Positions 1-14,855 are shown, counted from the stretch's first letter. The stretch is 64,000 nt of DNA from the human T2T-CHM13v2.0 reference genome, Homo sapiens (GCF_009914755.1 NC_060930.1); one strand, 5' to 3'. A program made the numbers and translations. The notes: generated by a model from the sequence alone, not told the origin.

Positions 1-142
1 TACTTCCATTGAAAGAGCAAGCTGTTCTAGCAGAATTCGAAATGTGAGATTCCATGCAAATCTTCTAGATAATTGGGCATTTACCCTTAAGCACTAAGTG
101 GAATACTTAAAAAGTTATTTATTTAGTTCATTGATTTAGGTT

Positions 143-727
143 AGAGACAGGGTCTTGCTTTGCCACCTAGGCTGGAGTATGGTGGCAAAAGTGATCATAG
201 CTCACTACAGCCTCCAATTCCTGGGCTTAGGTGATTCCCCTGCCTTAGCCTCTTGAGTAGCTAGGACAACAGGCATGCACCACCACCACGCCCAGCTAAT
301 TTTTTTTTTTTTTTTTTTGAGGTGGAGTTTCACTCTTTTTGCCCAGGCTGTAGTGCAATGGCTTGATCTCGGCTCACTGCAACCTCCGCCTCTTGGGTTC
401 AATTCTCCTGCCTCAGCCTCTCAAGTAGCTGGGGTTACAGGCACATGCCACCAAGCCTGGCTAATTTTTGTATTTTTAGTAGAGAGGGGGTTTCACCATG
501 TTGGCCAGGCTGGTCTGGACCTCCTGAGTTCAAGTGATCTGCCCACCTCGGCCTCCCAAAGTGCTGGGATTACAGGCGTGAGCCACCCGCCCAGCCTTTT
601 TAATTTTTTAAAGAGACCAGGTCTCACTATGTTGTCTAGGCTGGTCTCAAACTCCTGGCCCCAAGTAATCCTCCCACCCCAGCCTCCCAAATTGTTGGGA
701 TTACTGGCATGAGCCCCTGTGCCCGGC
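143..727 (-). mobile_element. AluJ, split at its central A-rich linker by a younger AluS
   Basis: Antisense right arm ~143-299 and left arm ~612-727 with J-type sequence, flanking a second complete Alu. Confidence 0.85.
301..595 (-). mobile_element. AluS nested in AluJ
   Basis: Poly-T followed by a full antisense Alu dimer. Confidence 0.9.
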
Positions 728-1235
728 CATAAATGAAATATTGAACATCATTTCACTATTTCTTATAGATTCAATGTCGTCACCATGAATACTAATTAAG
801 GAGCTGTTCAGGGTCTTTGCCCTTCAGTCTAAATGGCTTCAGGCTGCTGCGATTCTTTTGTGTTCTTCCTCCTGTGTTCTGAGCTCCCATTCCTTTCTTA
901 CTTACAGACTGTCAGCTTCCCCCTCGTGTGCTGTTAAAGCGATTTCCTTCATCTTTTCCAATGTTCTGCTCTGGTGCTTTGAAATCTGGTAATTCATTAG
1001 CACTGTCTTGATGTAAAAGTAAATTTGGTCAGTAGTGGGGAATTGTCATGATTTGAGGACATGATCTTTGTAGCCTCTCAATGGTTATTTAATCTATCAT
1101 ATACTATGGACATTATTTTTATTTTCTTTCTATTTTTCCTCTACTATGGGGTATTTTCTTTAGTGTTTGTAAGATTCTGGCACTTTAATAAGACTCCCTG
1201 TAGTGTTTAACAGTGGTTTAAATTTTAATGATTTG

Positions 1236-1364
1236 CCTGTAGTCCCAGAGGCAGGAGAATGGCGTGAACCCAGAAGGCGGAGGTTGCAGTGAGCTGAGAT
1301 CTCGCCACTGCACTCCAGCCTGGGCGACAGAGCGAGACTCTGTCTCAAAAAAAAAATAAATAAA
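1236..1364 (+). mobile_element. 5'-truncated AluY-type right monomer
   Basis: AluY-type GGAGAATGGCGTGAACC, A-rich tail, TSD TAATGATTTG at 1226-1235 and 1365-1374. Confidence 0.85.
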
Positions 1365-1731
1365 TAATGATTTGAAGTAAGTTCTGACCAGCCCTCCCCT
1401 CCTCTAGGAAGCTTTACTAAATTAGGCAATGGAGGTCATTACATTTTCTTCATCTAACAGGAATTTTGCTGAGTTCTTATCATTTCTGTTGTGTAGACTC
1501 TTAGTTCTTCCTTAGGGTAGGAACCACACAACTTTCCTAGAAAATCCTGTCCTTTGGAACGGGGCTGGATACTGTTCGCATGCAATTGTCCCAGAGCTGG
1601 ACAGGCCACACTGCTTGTGCTGCTGGAATCTGCTAGCTGATATTTGACTTGAAGTTGTTTTTCTACCTCCATTTCAAAAGTGACCAGAATCTTTACTTTT
1701 TCTCTGATAAAAGATTCAGAAAAATTAGATT

Positions 1732-2023
1732 GGCCTAGCACGGTGGCTCATGCCTATAATCTCAGCACTTTGGGAGGCCAAGATGGGAGGATTACTTGAG
1801 AACAGGAGTTTGAGACCAGCCTAGGCAACATAGTGAGACCACATCTCTACAAAAAATTTACAAATTAGCCAGGCATGGTAGCACGCGCCTGTAGTCCTAG
1901 GTCCTTGGGAGGCTGAGGTAGGAGGATTGCTTGAGCCCAGGAGGTTGAGGCTGCAATGAGCCCTACTTTTGCCAGTGCACTCCAGCCTGGGTGACAAAGC
2001 AAGACCGTGTCTCAAAAAAAAAA
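1732..2023 (+). mobile_element. AluJ
   Basis: Full dimer with J-type GGAGGATTGCTTGAGCCCAGGAGG and an A tail. Confidence 0.9.
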
Positions 2024-4055
2024 TTGAATCAGTGCCTACGTGTTAATTTAAGTGTTCCTGAAGCTGGTTTGATTCCTTTTGTGCCTGGCAGGCTATGGAG
2101 CATGGTCCTACGGCTGACTGCACATGGCCATGAACCCCCAAAATTAAATGCAAGCATTTGTGTGCCTACAGTTTTCTTCAACATTTCGAGAAATGGCCTT
2201 TAAACAATTGTCATACGTTAATATATTATTGTTTCTTCACTACATTTCCTCTCCACATCTAATTAGTACTATGTCTCATTCAGAGGATTAAAAATACTCT
2301 CGACACCTTATTTTATTTGCATGGTGTGGTAACGATGACAGATTGCAGTTGAAATTTTAAACTTGTCTCAGACATCTCTTCTATGAAAGGAAATGACTTT
2401 CTTATAAGACAGACATGTGATGTTTGCAATGGTCATTATACTATAAATTCAAACGATTATTTTCTTCATTCTTAATCATCTGTACAGTGGAAGAAGTCAC
2501 ATAAGACAGTGTGGAGCTTTTTAAATCTCACCAAATCTGAATCTTTTTCAGGCCAGGAGAGGACAAACAAAGGCACTGGTTTTTCTGGTGGCTTTTAACA
2601 CTGATTTTATACACCACTGAGACACTGTGTTTAGCTCATCTTTTCAGGAGGTTATTTGCCGTGTTCTAGAAGGAGAGATACTGAAATCCCTCTTTTTCCT
2701 TAGCCATCAGATTTGAAATTAAAATATGTGTCAGGTAACATGTCCATGCTCATAACCAACAACAACAAAATGGAAATGGAAACAGTTGTATGTAGAGGAG
2801 GGTGGGTGTTGGGCATTTGGCACTTGTGAATGCCAAATATTCACAAGTCGTGTGTCTGCTGAATATTTTCTTCCTTCCCTTGGCAAGGTAGAACTTCTTT
2901 GATCTCGTTAAGAAAAAAAAATGTAAAATTAATGGTTTAAAAATAAATAGTGCTGTATAGAGGTGAGGCTTTTTAAGCAAGCACACCATGTCTGAGCAAT
3001 CTAAAGTTAAAGTATGTTATCAATCAACTTCTTTCCCATTTATTTTAGAGGAGGAGCAGTGGAGATGGAGACCTTATGTCAAGTTTGAAAAAGCACTAAA
3101 GGCCTACATGTTAAAATGCAAAATTGTTCTTGTGTAATTTAGGTTCTCCCACAGCTGTATTCCTTTGTGTTGTTGGATTAGTTAACGTTTATGCCATATG
3201 CTTGACATAATCCATAGTACAAAATAATCCAGAAGCACAAGAGGTCTAATTTGTCATAAAAGATCCATAACTTTCAGCCCACTGATTTTCCTCAGGTTGA
3301 ATATCTGGCAATATTTTAAAAAATATTTAATTAGTATTTATTATCCATAGTAAAGCAAGTTTAGGATTGTGTTTATTTTTCTGAATTGTTTTCTAGTTGA
3401 AACCCAGATTTGGAATAGTCAAATCTTGAATCTGCTTTTTAGAATAAATATTTCAGTATGAGAGTAAGAGGTTGCCTAGCATGTTCAGGATTAAGTGAGA
3501 GGAGGGATATATGCAAGAGTAATTTTCATTTCTCACCTGAGGAAAGAAAAAAGAATAAAATCTCAAAGGTATAATAACATAGCATTATTATGCATCATAT
3601 TATCAAATTGATACTCTTTGGGGAGTTAATAAGTTGTTTATGCAGCATTTCCTGATAAAATTGGTTGACCTCATAACATACTAAACTAATGTCTTTCTGG
3701 TGTTTAGTCATGGAGAGTAATAAGAATAATAAACATGACTAAAAGTTGGCAATCTCATATACAGGGGACTCATAAGTTTTGAAACAGACCTCATGCATTT
3801 CTGAAATTAAATGAAACATTATGAAGGCAGTTTATTTCATTTCTCTTTTCCTTTCTTTGAATCATCTTCCCTCATATTCTCTAACACATAAGAACTGTAT
3901 TAACAGAGGTACTTAGGATGGTTTACTTTTTCTCTGTGAGTGATATTAAGGAAATATGTAATCAGACAACTCTTTTGAGAAAAGGTTTAAGGTTTTCTTT
4001 TTCATTGTAATATAGTCTTCGATGCAAGAAGAATCCTATTTGTATATTTGATTTA

Positions 4056-4390
<335 letters not shown>

Positions 4391-4603
4391 AAGAGCCGAA
4401 AACTGAACAATGTTTTCGTCTGGTGTAGTGGGAGGGAGGGAGGACTGTAAATTTCCTACCTGTAAGTGACAGTGGGTGAAGGGTGAACTAAGCAGCCTCT
4501 GGCTGTCCAGTGTGGATGGATGACACCCAATAATTAGCTTCTTACTTCTTAACTTAGTTCAGCCCTTAGATATGCAGGTCTTTATTTTTCCTGTCTTATA
4601 TAG

Positions 4604-4784
4604 AAAGTTACTTGTGCATACAAAGATGTGTGTTTGTAGAAAGGAGACCATAGAATAAGAATGAATGCAGATCAACATGGTCATGGATGAGAAGAAGCAA
4701 GCAAAAATCTCTCCAGCTGTGGGAGAACATGGACCAGGAAAACCATAGACAGGAAGCAGCGCTAAATCTAAACGAGTCACAGCA
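4604..4784 (+). ncRNA. Candidate non-coding exon
   Basis: Polypyrimidine tract plus TAG acceptor ending at 4603, and donor GCA|GTAAGT at 4785-4790. No transcript evidence. Confidence 0.3.
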
Positions 4785-4984
4785 GTAAGTTTCAGCAAAT
4801 GGGAAAGAGAATGTAAGATGTGCTGTTTTTACCAAAGACGTGTCAGAGTTTGAGCATTGCCTACCGCAACTTGCATCAGTTCCCTCTCTCAGCCCCCAGT
4901 ACTCCCACGTTGTTGAAATTCGGATCCCCACCACCCACCTTATTCTTCCACAATATGTCCTATGTGATCTATTCGAATCTCATT

Positions 4985-5125
4985 AAACTGATTTACTGGG
5001 CCCGCTGGCTCTGCTCTCCCTCAGTTTATTCCTACTTTGTTTAAAATTCGGGAAGTGCCGGGGGAGGGGCAAGACATTAATCGCTGCACTTGTGCAAACG
5101 GAGTGCCAGCTGATTTATGGCAAAG
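4985..5125. promoter_or_regulatory. Candidate PBX-HOX/MEIS enhancer
   Basis: TGATTTAC 4989-4996, TGCCAG 5104-5109 and TGATTTATGG 5111-5120 in unique, CpG-retaining DNA. Confidence 0.4.
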
Positions 5126-6289
5126 GTTATAAAGGAAAAGTATTAAGTGTGCTTCATTCCATTTGGCAAAGCCATCCTGCACAATGTCCACAGAAACCCC
5201 AAGAGTCCTGTTTTGTAGAAAGAAGGGGGGAAAAACTTCACCAAAGATGTGCTCTTCTTCTTTTGAGCATTAATTAAGACTGTAAATCACAGGCCACATG
5301 AAACAACTGTATACGACAGAATGCGGATGGTCCGGGACTTCTGCTGGGCTTGTGTGATCAGTCTGAATACCTACACCAAAGCCCTAATGGGAGGGCGGAC
5401 TTCAAAGGGGAGTTTTGGCATGAGGGAGAGGTCTGCTCTAGCAGGGAGAGAAAGAGTTGTAAAGTACAGACTGCATGGAAAAATAGGTGGTGGGGGACCA
5501 GGAGGAACGGGGGAGAGAATGAGAGTGGATCAATGTAGGGTTTTATCTTAAAAGTACCAGATAAGTATTGAATAATGTATATTCTTCTATTCTAAGCAGT
5601 TTTGATTTCATCACTTGAGAGTGTCCTACAAATGAGGGGCAAAAACCCTCTGTTTGGCAGGAGAGAAAAAAATTGTTTTTAAACCCATGTGAAATGTTCT
5701 TTGGCTGCTTTGCTGACTGTTCACCAGCTCCTAATGCTGGGTCTCAGGCTATTCCTACAGCTGGCACTTAGCTCATTACACATGATCCCCTGGAGTGGGT
5801 TTGCAAATAGTGAATTTACCTACTTAAGTCACTTTCCTCAGTGCAAGATCAGCTTTCAGCACCAATAGAGTTGAGACTGTGTTATGTGCCTTGGAGAGCT
5901 CTTCTGCATTCCTCTTCTACCCTAAAAAACACATTGAATACCTTCAATAAATATTTTTTTCTTTCATGATTCTCTTAAGGCTGATTAAGCATATTCTTTG
6001 CTTTTGGAGATAATGTGGCTGATCTGCCATTTCAGCATATGTTTCTTTTTCCTCCAGCGGGGCTGGATTTCTGGTGATTTTTCCTCACACTGAGGTGGTC
6101 CAGTGTCTTTCGGTCCAATCGCATGTATTTTCAGCACAGCAATCCAAGACTAAGGTTATGTCCAAGTTCATGGCTATGAAACAGAATTTTAATGTTGGAC
6201 CTTTGCTTCATAAGTGTAGTATTTTAACTAACTGAGGTAATGCAACTAAGAATTATACATGGCCTCTCTGAAAAAATACTCTTATCTGT

Positions 6290-6475
6290 GGTTTGTAATA
6301 GTGAACAGTTGAAAGCAACTTGAATATCCAATAACAAGAGTTTGGTTAAATAAATCAGAGTATATTCATGTAATGGAATACTAAAACATGGTATAGAAAT
6401 ATAGGCATTAATATGAAAATGTGTTCACACCATATTATCAAGTTAAAAAGTAATAGGTATGTATGATTCCATTTT
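6290..6475 (+). mobile_element. Old L1M (L1ME-like) 3' fragment, resuming at ~8760-8935
   Basis: L1 3'-region text (GGTTAAATAAAT...ATGTAATGGAATACTA...ATGATTCCATTTTT). The piece at 8760-8935 ends in AATAAAAAA. Confidence 0.55.
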
Positions 6476-6751
6476 TGGCTTTATTTTTCTACCTTATTAA
6501 GGTATAATTGAAGTACAATGAACTGCACATATTTAAAGTGTATAGTTTGATACATTTTGACATCCACAGACACATGTGATGTCATCACAGTTGAGATGAT
6601 GAACATTCCATTAGCAACCCCCACCCCCGAAGTTTTCCTGTGTCTCTTTGTAATCCATTAATCCATCTTTCCTTCCATCCTCATCTCCAGGCCAACACTG
6701 ATCTGTCTCCTGTCACTAGAAATTAGACTGTATTTTCTAGAATTTTTCTAG

Positions 6752-7090
<339 letters not shown>

Positions 7091-7467
7091 TTCCCTATGT
7101 TTTCTTATAGCAGTTTCATAGTTTTGGGTTTTACATTTAGGTCTAAGATTCATTAAGAGTTAATTTATATGTATGGTGATGTATGGTACATAAGGTCAAT
7201 TTTAATTATTTTGCCATGTGAATATCCAGTTGGTCCAGCACCATATGTTAAAAAGACTTTGTATATTCCCCCACTGAATTGCCTGAGCATCTTAAGTCAG
7301 TAGATCAAATATGCATTGTCTGGAATAAGCAGTATGCACTTGTTTGTTTTGTTTTCTTTCACTCAGTATAATGATTTTGAGATTCATCCATGTTGTTGCG
7401 TGGATCAAGAGTTCATTCCTTTATGTTGTTGAGTAGTCCATTGTATGGATATAACAGTCTCTTCAAC

Positions 7468-7790
7468 TTTTTGGTTTTTTTCTTTTATTTTTTTTTGTGA
7501 CAGGGCCTCACTCTGTCACCCAGGCTGAGTGCAGAGGCACCATCATGGCTCACTGCAGCCTCAACCTCTCCAGGCTCAGGTGATCCTCCTACCTCAGCCT
7601 CCCTAGTAGCTGACACTACAAGCGTGCACCACCATGCCTGGCTAATTGGTTTTTTTTTGTTTGTATCTTTTGTAGAGCTGGGATTTTGTCATGTTGCCCA
7701 GGCTGGTCTCGAACCCCTGGGCTCAAGCAATTTGTCCGTCTTGGCCTCCCAAAGCGTTAGGATTACAGGCATGAGCCACTGCATCCGGCC
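7468..7790 (-). mobile_element. AluJ
   Basis: Antisense Alu dimer, J-type. Confidence 0.9.
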
Positions 7791-8035
7791 TCATTGTATT
7801 TGAATTTGCGTTTCCCTCATGACTAATGATGTTGAACATCATTTCATGGGCTTATTGGCCATTGTATATCTTCTTTGATGAAGTTTCTATTCTACTATTT
7901 TGCACATTTAGAAAATTGGTTTATGTTTTCTTATTAAGTTTTGAGAGTTCTTTATGTATTTTATATATTTTGGGCATAAGTCCTATGTTTGATATATCTT
8001 TTGTGAATATTTTCTCCTAGTCTGTGGCTTGCCAT

Positions 8036-8344
8036 TTTGTTTTGTTTTGTTTGTTTTTGAGACACAGTCTTGTTTTGTCACCCAGTCTGGAGTACAGTAG
8101 CACTATCATAGCTCACTATAACTTCAAACTCCAGAGCTCAAGCAGTCTTCCCACCTTGACCTCCAGAGTAGTTATGACTACAAGTGCACAGCCCAGCTAA
8201 TTACGAAAGATTTTCTTTTGTAGTGATGGGGTCTCACACTCATTATATTGCCCAGGCTGGTCTCAAACTCCTGGCCTCAAGCAATCCTCCCACCATGGCC
8301 TCCCAAAGCACTGGGATTATAGCAGTGAGCCACCATACCCAGCC
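8036..8344 (-). mobile_element. AluJ
   Basis: Diverged antisense Alu dimer, flanked by CCATTTTG on both sides. Confidence 0.85.
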
Positions 8345-9034
8345 CATTTTGCTTTCTTAATGTCTTTTCAAAACCAAAAGTTTTAGATTTTGAGGGAGTC
8401 TAATGTATTATTCTTTAATGGTTTATGCCTTTTTTGACGGGGGTGGGGGGCAGGTAACTTATCTAAAAAACTGGCTGAGTCCAAGGTTGTAAATATATTT
8501 TCTTACATTTTCTTATGGCAGTTTCATAGTTTTGGGTTTCACATTTAGGTCTAAGATTCGTTTAGAGATAATCTATATGTATGGTGATAAGGGTCAATTT
8601 TTATTTTTTTTGCCATGTGAATATCCAGTTGGTCCAGCACCGTATGCTAAAAAGACTTTCCATTCCCCCATTGAATTGCTCAAGCATCTTCATATAAAAT
8701 CAGTAGATCAAATATGTGCGGGTCTATTTCTGTATTGTTATATTGATCTGTATATCTGAAGTGATCCTATTTTAATATCAGCATATGATTAAAAGCTTCT
8801 GGAAGAATATGCCTAAAGAAGTTAACAATAGTTGGTAGGTTGGAGTCTCCTGTCATTTGTATTCTCTCTTTTTTTTTTTTTTCTGATTTTTTTTTCTTCA
8901 TAGTGAATATGCATTGCTTTTATAGTAATAAAAAAGTTTGTTTTGGAAAGAACCTGCAGGCACAGCCCAAGTGGTGCCAAGAGTTTGGCATTCTGGTAAG
9001 TTTATTGGGAAACTTACTTATTCTTCAATTTTTA

Positions 9035-9280
9035 GAATATATATTGAACAACTTCTGTGTTATATAGAGGAAACAAATATACATAAGCCAGAAATAACTT
9101 TTGCCCACATGGAACTTACAGCAGCTTGAGATGTACAGAAAAGTAAATGGACACCTTTTAAATATGTGGTTCCATGATAAGTGCAATGAAGGTAGAAGTC
9201 CCAGGATCTTCAGGGATGACCCAGCAGAGGGATCTGCCCAGGCTTAGGGGGCAAAAGAATGCTTCCTGGAGAAGTGCTCT
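9035..9280 (-). mobile_element. L2 fragment
   Basis: Degenerate antisense L2 3' text (CCCACATGGAACTTACA...GCTTCCTGGAGAAGTG). Confidence 0.5.
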
Positions 9281-10040
9281 CCAGTCCACGGCCTCCTTTT
9301 AATACTCCTTTCACTGAAGCTAAAGAAAAAAATGAGGATGTTGGGGAATTTAACTTTGGGTGGTAGAAAGTTGAGGGTAATTTAGTGGTTTATATTTTCT
9401 CTGTGAAACAGAGTGATCTTCAGTTTCCTGAGATTGGAGGGCAGAAGATTGAGGATGAAAGTTTGAAATTGAGGTTGTGGAAACCAGTGAGACCACCAAG
9501 GTGGGAAACATGGAATGAATGCCAGGCAATGGGGACAGTCCAGTTGACGGGGAAACCATGATTTTATCTGAGGCTTGGGCTATCTCCAAGCTTGGTTTTC
9601 TGCAGTGTGTGGGAAGAGGTGCCAGGGCAACAACCACACTACACAACTTTGAAATTAAGACCTGAAAGGGGCCTTAAAGAGAAGTAGATCAGCTATCTAA
9701 TTTTAAAGACAAGAAACAAAAAGCCCGAGTTGGAGTGAGAGTCTGATCTTCTGATTCCCATCCCAGTTTTGTTTTTTTAACTTTTTTTGTGCCCAGACCA
9801 TAGCTGTCTCCTTTAATAGGCTTGAGTCCATCAGATGCAGGAAACTTATTTATTTTTCCTGAGGCATTTTCTCTGCAATTAGTATATGTTGTGACTCAGT
9901 TGAAGATGATGCCTTACCCACAGGTAGAGTCTCACAAAACCAGACAAATCGACTTTGTTAAAAAGAGAAGAAATGAACATTTTCACATGAAATTATCAAG
10001 AAAGTAAAGTAATAAAATAGCTAGGCATATTAAAGAATAC

Positions 10041-10612
<572 letters not shown>

Positions 10613-10770
10613 AATACCATATTTTCATGACAACCCTGAATTAAAATAAAATTTGAAGAAATAATCACCCTCATACAATTTGGCACCTTTCTTACTATTT
10701 GCTAATAGTTATCAATTCTTGATTATTTTAATTCTAGTTCCCTTCCACTCATTAAGTTACTTTTAAGTAA

Positions 10771-10927
10771 GAATAATAGCTAACATTATTGAAAGTTTAC
10801 TGTTGTGTCTGGCACTGCACTAAAGGACTTAACAAATATTTTCTCATTTAATCCTCACAAAAGCCCTATGAGGTGGGTTGTATTATCATTTCCATTTTAG
10901 AGACATAGAAATAATGGGCTTAGAGAT
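10771..10927 (-). mobile_element. MIR
   Basis: AATAATAGCTAACATT...TCATTTAATCCTCACAA...CCCTATGAGGT matches the antisense MIR core and 3' end. Confidence 0.8.
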
Positions 10928-11020
10928 AACAAAACATGGGTAGTTTTTTTTTTCAATTTTTAAATTGTGATAAAATATACATAACATAAAATTTACCATC
11001 TAACCTTTTTTTAAAATCTG

Positions 11021-11322
11021 TTTTTTAAGAGACTGAGTTTTGCTCTGTCATCAAGGCTGAAGTGCAGTGGCACAATCATAGCTCACTGTAATCTGTAACT
11101 CCTGGGCCCAAGTGATACCCCACCACCACCTCAGCTTCCCAAGTAGCTAGGACTACAGGTGTGCACCATTATGCCCAGCTAATATTAGTTTTTTTTTTTT
11201 TTTTGTAGAGACAGAATCTCTCTATATTGCCCAGGCTTGTCTCGAACTCCTGACTTCAAGCGATCCTCCTGCCTTGACATCCCAAATGCGTTGGGATTAT
11301 AGGCATGAGCCACTACGCCTGG
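11021..11322 (-). mobile_element. AluJ
   Basis: Antisense Alu dimer, J-type. Confidence 0.85.
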
Positions 11323-11357
11323 AGATTATGTATAATATTTCTTTAATTTTTAGTATG

Positions 11358-11486
11358 TTTTTTTCTTTAAGAGATGAGATCTTGGTCTGTTGACCAGGCT
11401 GGTCTTGAACTCCTGGCCTCAAGCAATCCTCCCACCTAGGCCTCCCAAAGTGCTGAGATTACAAGCATGAACCACTGTGCCTGGCC
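11358..11486 (-). mobile_element. Alu left monomer / FLAM
   Basis: Single antisense monomer ending at GTGCCTGGCC. Confidence 0.8.
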
Positions 11487-12508
11487 TAATCTTGGTAATA
11501 TGCTGTTGAATTCATTTGCTAGTATATAGATGAGGTTTTTTGTGTCAATATTTATAAGGGATATTGGTCTGCAGTTTTCTTGTAGTGTCTTTGACTAGCT
11601 TTGGTATCAGGATAATGCTGGCCTCATACAATGAGTAAAGAAATGTTCTTTTCTCTTTATTTTTTTTTTTAAAGCTTGAGAAGAATTGGTGTTAGTTCTT
11701 TAAATATTTGGTAGAATTCACCAGTGAAGCCATCAGGTTCAGGGCTTTTCTTTGTCAAGAGATTTTTTATTATTATTTTTATTACTCATTCATTCTCCAT
11801 ACTAGTTATAGGTCTCTTCAAATTTTCTATTTCTTCGTGATTCAGTCTTGGTAGGTTTTGCGTTTCTAGGAATTTGTCTATCTTATCTAGTTTATCCAAT
11901 CTGTTAGCATACAAATATTCATGGTACTCTCTTTGAATCATTTTTGTTTCTGTAGAATCAGTAGTAATGTTCCCACTTTCATTTCTGATTTTGGTAATTT
12001 GAGTTTTCTCTCTTTTTTTCTTAGTTCATCTAGCTAAAGATTTGCCCCTTTTTTGGTTATCTTTTAAGAACTAGTGTTTTTGGTCTCATTTATTTCCTTT
12101 ATTGTTTTCTATTCTCTATTTTGTTTATCTTTGCTCTAATCGTTATTATTTCCTTCATCTTCTGGCTTTGGGTTTAGTTTGTTCTTTTCCTAGTTACTTA
12201 AGTTATATAGTTAGGTTGTTGATTTAAGATCTTTCTTATTTTTGTTTGTGTTTATAGCTAAAAATTTTCCCCCTTAGCAATGCTTTTGCTGCATCCCATA
12301 AGTTTTGGCATGTCGTATTTTATTTTCATGCATCTCTAATTATTTTTCTAATTTCCCTTTTGATTTCTTCTTTTATTATTTAATAGTGTTTTAAATTTCT
12401 ACAAATTTGTTCATTTTCTGGTTTCCCTTCTGTTATTGATGTCTAACTTCATTCCATTGTACTCAGAGATAACACTACAGTCTTACAGTCTTTCATGTTC
12501 TCTCTCTC

Positions 12509-12925
<417 letters not shown>

Positions 12926-13215
12926 TAAATATAATTAGTTCGTTATGTTGTTCAGGTGCTCTATTTCCTTATTTCTCTCTGTTTGTTCTATTCTTTATTG
13001 AGAGTGAAGTATTGCAATCTCCAACTATTATTGTAGAACTGACTACTTCTCCCTTCAGTCTAAGTTCTATCAATTTTTGCTTTCAATATTATGATGGTCT
13101 GTTACTAGGTGTTTAAATGTTTGTAATTGTTACATCTTATTGCTGTATTGAGCCTTTTATTAATAAAATACATCCTTCTTCGTCTCTTCTAAACTCTTGG
13201 GATTTAATCTATTTT

Positions 13216-13579
<364 letters not shown>

Positions 13580-13690
13580 TTATATGGGATATATATTTCT
13601 ATCCTTTCACTTTCAACTTATTTGTCTTTGGATCTAAAGTGAATCTCTTATAGATAACATAAAATTGGGTCATGGGTCATGTTTTCTAAT

Positions 13691-13765
13691 TCAGTCTGCC
13701 AATCTTTGTCTTTTGATTGGAGAGTTTAATCCATTTACATTTAAAGTAATTACTGATGAAGTGAG
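13691..13765 (-). pseudogene. L1 ORF2p endonuclease N-terminus remnant
   Basis: Translation ...SVITLNVNGLNSPIKRQRLAD matches the conserved start of L1 ORF2p. Confidence 0.85.
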
Positions 13766-13814
13766 ACTTCTGTCATTTTGCTTTTTGTTTTCTTTTTTAT
13801 GTTTTTTAAATAAA

Positions 13815-13946
13815 ATTTTTTTAAATAGAGACAGGGTTTCACCATGTTTCTCAGGCTGGTCTTGAACTCCTGAGTTCAAGTGACCCACCTGCCTCGGCCT
13901 CCCAAAGTGCTGTGATTACAGGCGTGAGTCACTGTGCCTGGCCAGC
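13815..13946 (-). mobile_element. Alu left monomer
   Basis: Single antisense monomer. Confidence 0.8.
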
Positions 13947-14027
13947 TATTTGTTTTCTATATTCCTTATGGAGAAGCAATTTTTTGACCCTCATTTCCTG
14001 CATTACTGTCTCTTTAGAATTTAGTTG

Positions 14028-14243
14028 TTTTTTGTTTTTTGTGAGACAGAGCCTAAGTCTGTTACCCAGGCTGGGGTGCAGTGGTGCAATCTCAGCTTAC
14101 TGGAACCTCTCCGTCCTAAGTTCAAGTGATTCTCATGCCTCAGCCTCCCAAGTAGCTGGGATTACAGATGTGCACCACCATGCACGGCTAACCATGCACT
14201 CTAACTTAAGTAGAGACAGGGTTTCATCATGTTGCCCAGGCTA
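14028..14243 (-). mobile_element. 5'-truncated Alu
   Basis: Antisense right arm plus part of the left arm; flanks TTAGTTG(A)TTTTT resemble a TSD. Confidence 0.75.
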
Positions 14244-14553
14244 GATTAGTTGATTTTTTGTAGTGAAACATTTTAATTTGCATTTATTTGTATATTCCGT
14301 AACTATTTAATTTCTTTGTATTTGCCATGAGATCACATTACAACACTCTATTTTGAATTTACACTAAATTAGTTCAATAACATGCTAACTTCTGTTCATT
14401 TATAGCTCCATCCTCACCTCTGTGTTATTGATGCCACAAAACTACATCTTTGTACATTGTATGCTCAGAAACACACTAATAATTGTGTTTCTTAGTGTAA
14501 CAGTCTCTTAAATCATGTAGAAAACAAAAAAGTAGAGTTAAAAACAACTTTAC

Positions 14554-14692
14554 AGCCGGGCGTGGTGGCTCATGTCTGTAATCCCAGCACTTTGGGAGGC
14601 TGAGGCGGGCAGATCACTTGAGGTCAGGAGTTTGAGACCAGCCTGGCCAACCTGGTGAAACCCCTTCTCTACTAAAAATACAAAAATTAGCC
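14554..14692 (+). mobile_element. AluS left monomer, fused to an inverted AluJ arm
   Basis: GCCGGGCGTGGTGGCTCA...ACTAAAAATACAAAAATTAGCC, then an abrupt stop. Confidence 0.85.
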
Positions 14693-14705
14693 AAATACAA
14701 AAATT

Positions 14706-14855
14706 TAGAGATGGGGTCTTGCCCAGTTGCCAAGGCTGGAATGCAGTAGCACAATCATAGCTCACTGCAGCCTCAAACTCCTGGACTCAAGTGATTTTCC
14801 TGCCTCAGCACTCCCAAGTAGCTGGGACTATAGGTATGTACCACCATTCCTGGCT
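14706..14855 (-). mobile_element. AluJ right monomer
   Basis: Antisense right arm, J-type (ATCATAGCTCACTGCAGCCTC). Confidence 0.8.

Noticed and set aside
5855-5875. REST/NRSE site (TTCAGCACC)
   Set aside because: Left half-site only; the GGACAG right half is absent. Same for the match near 41137.
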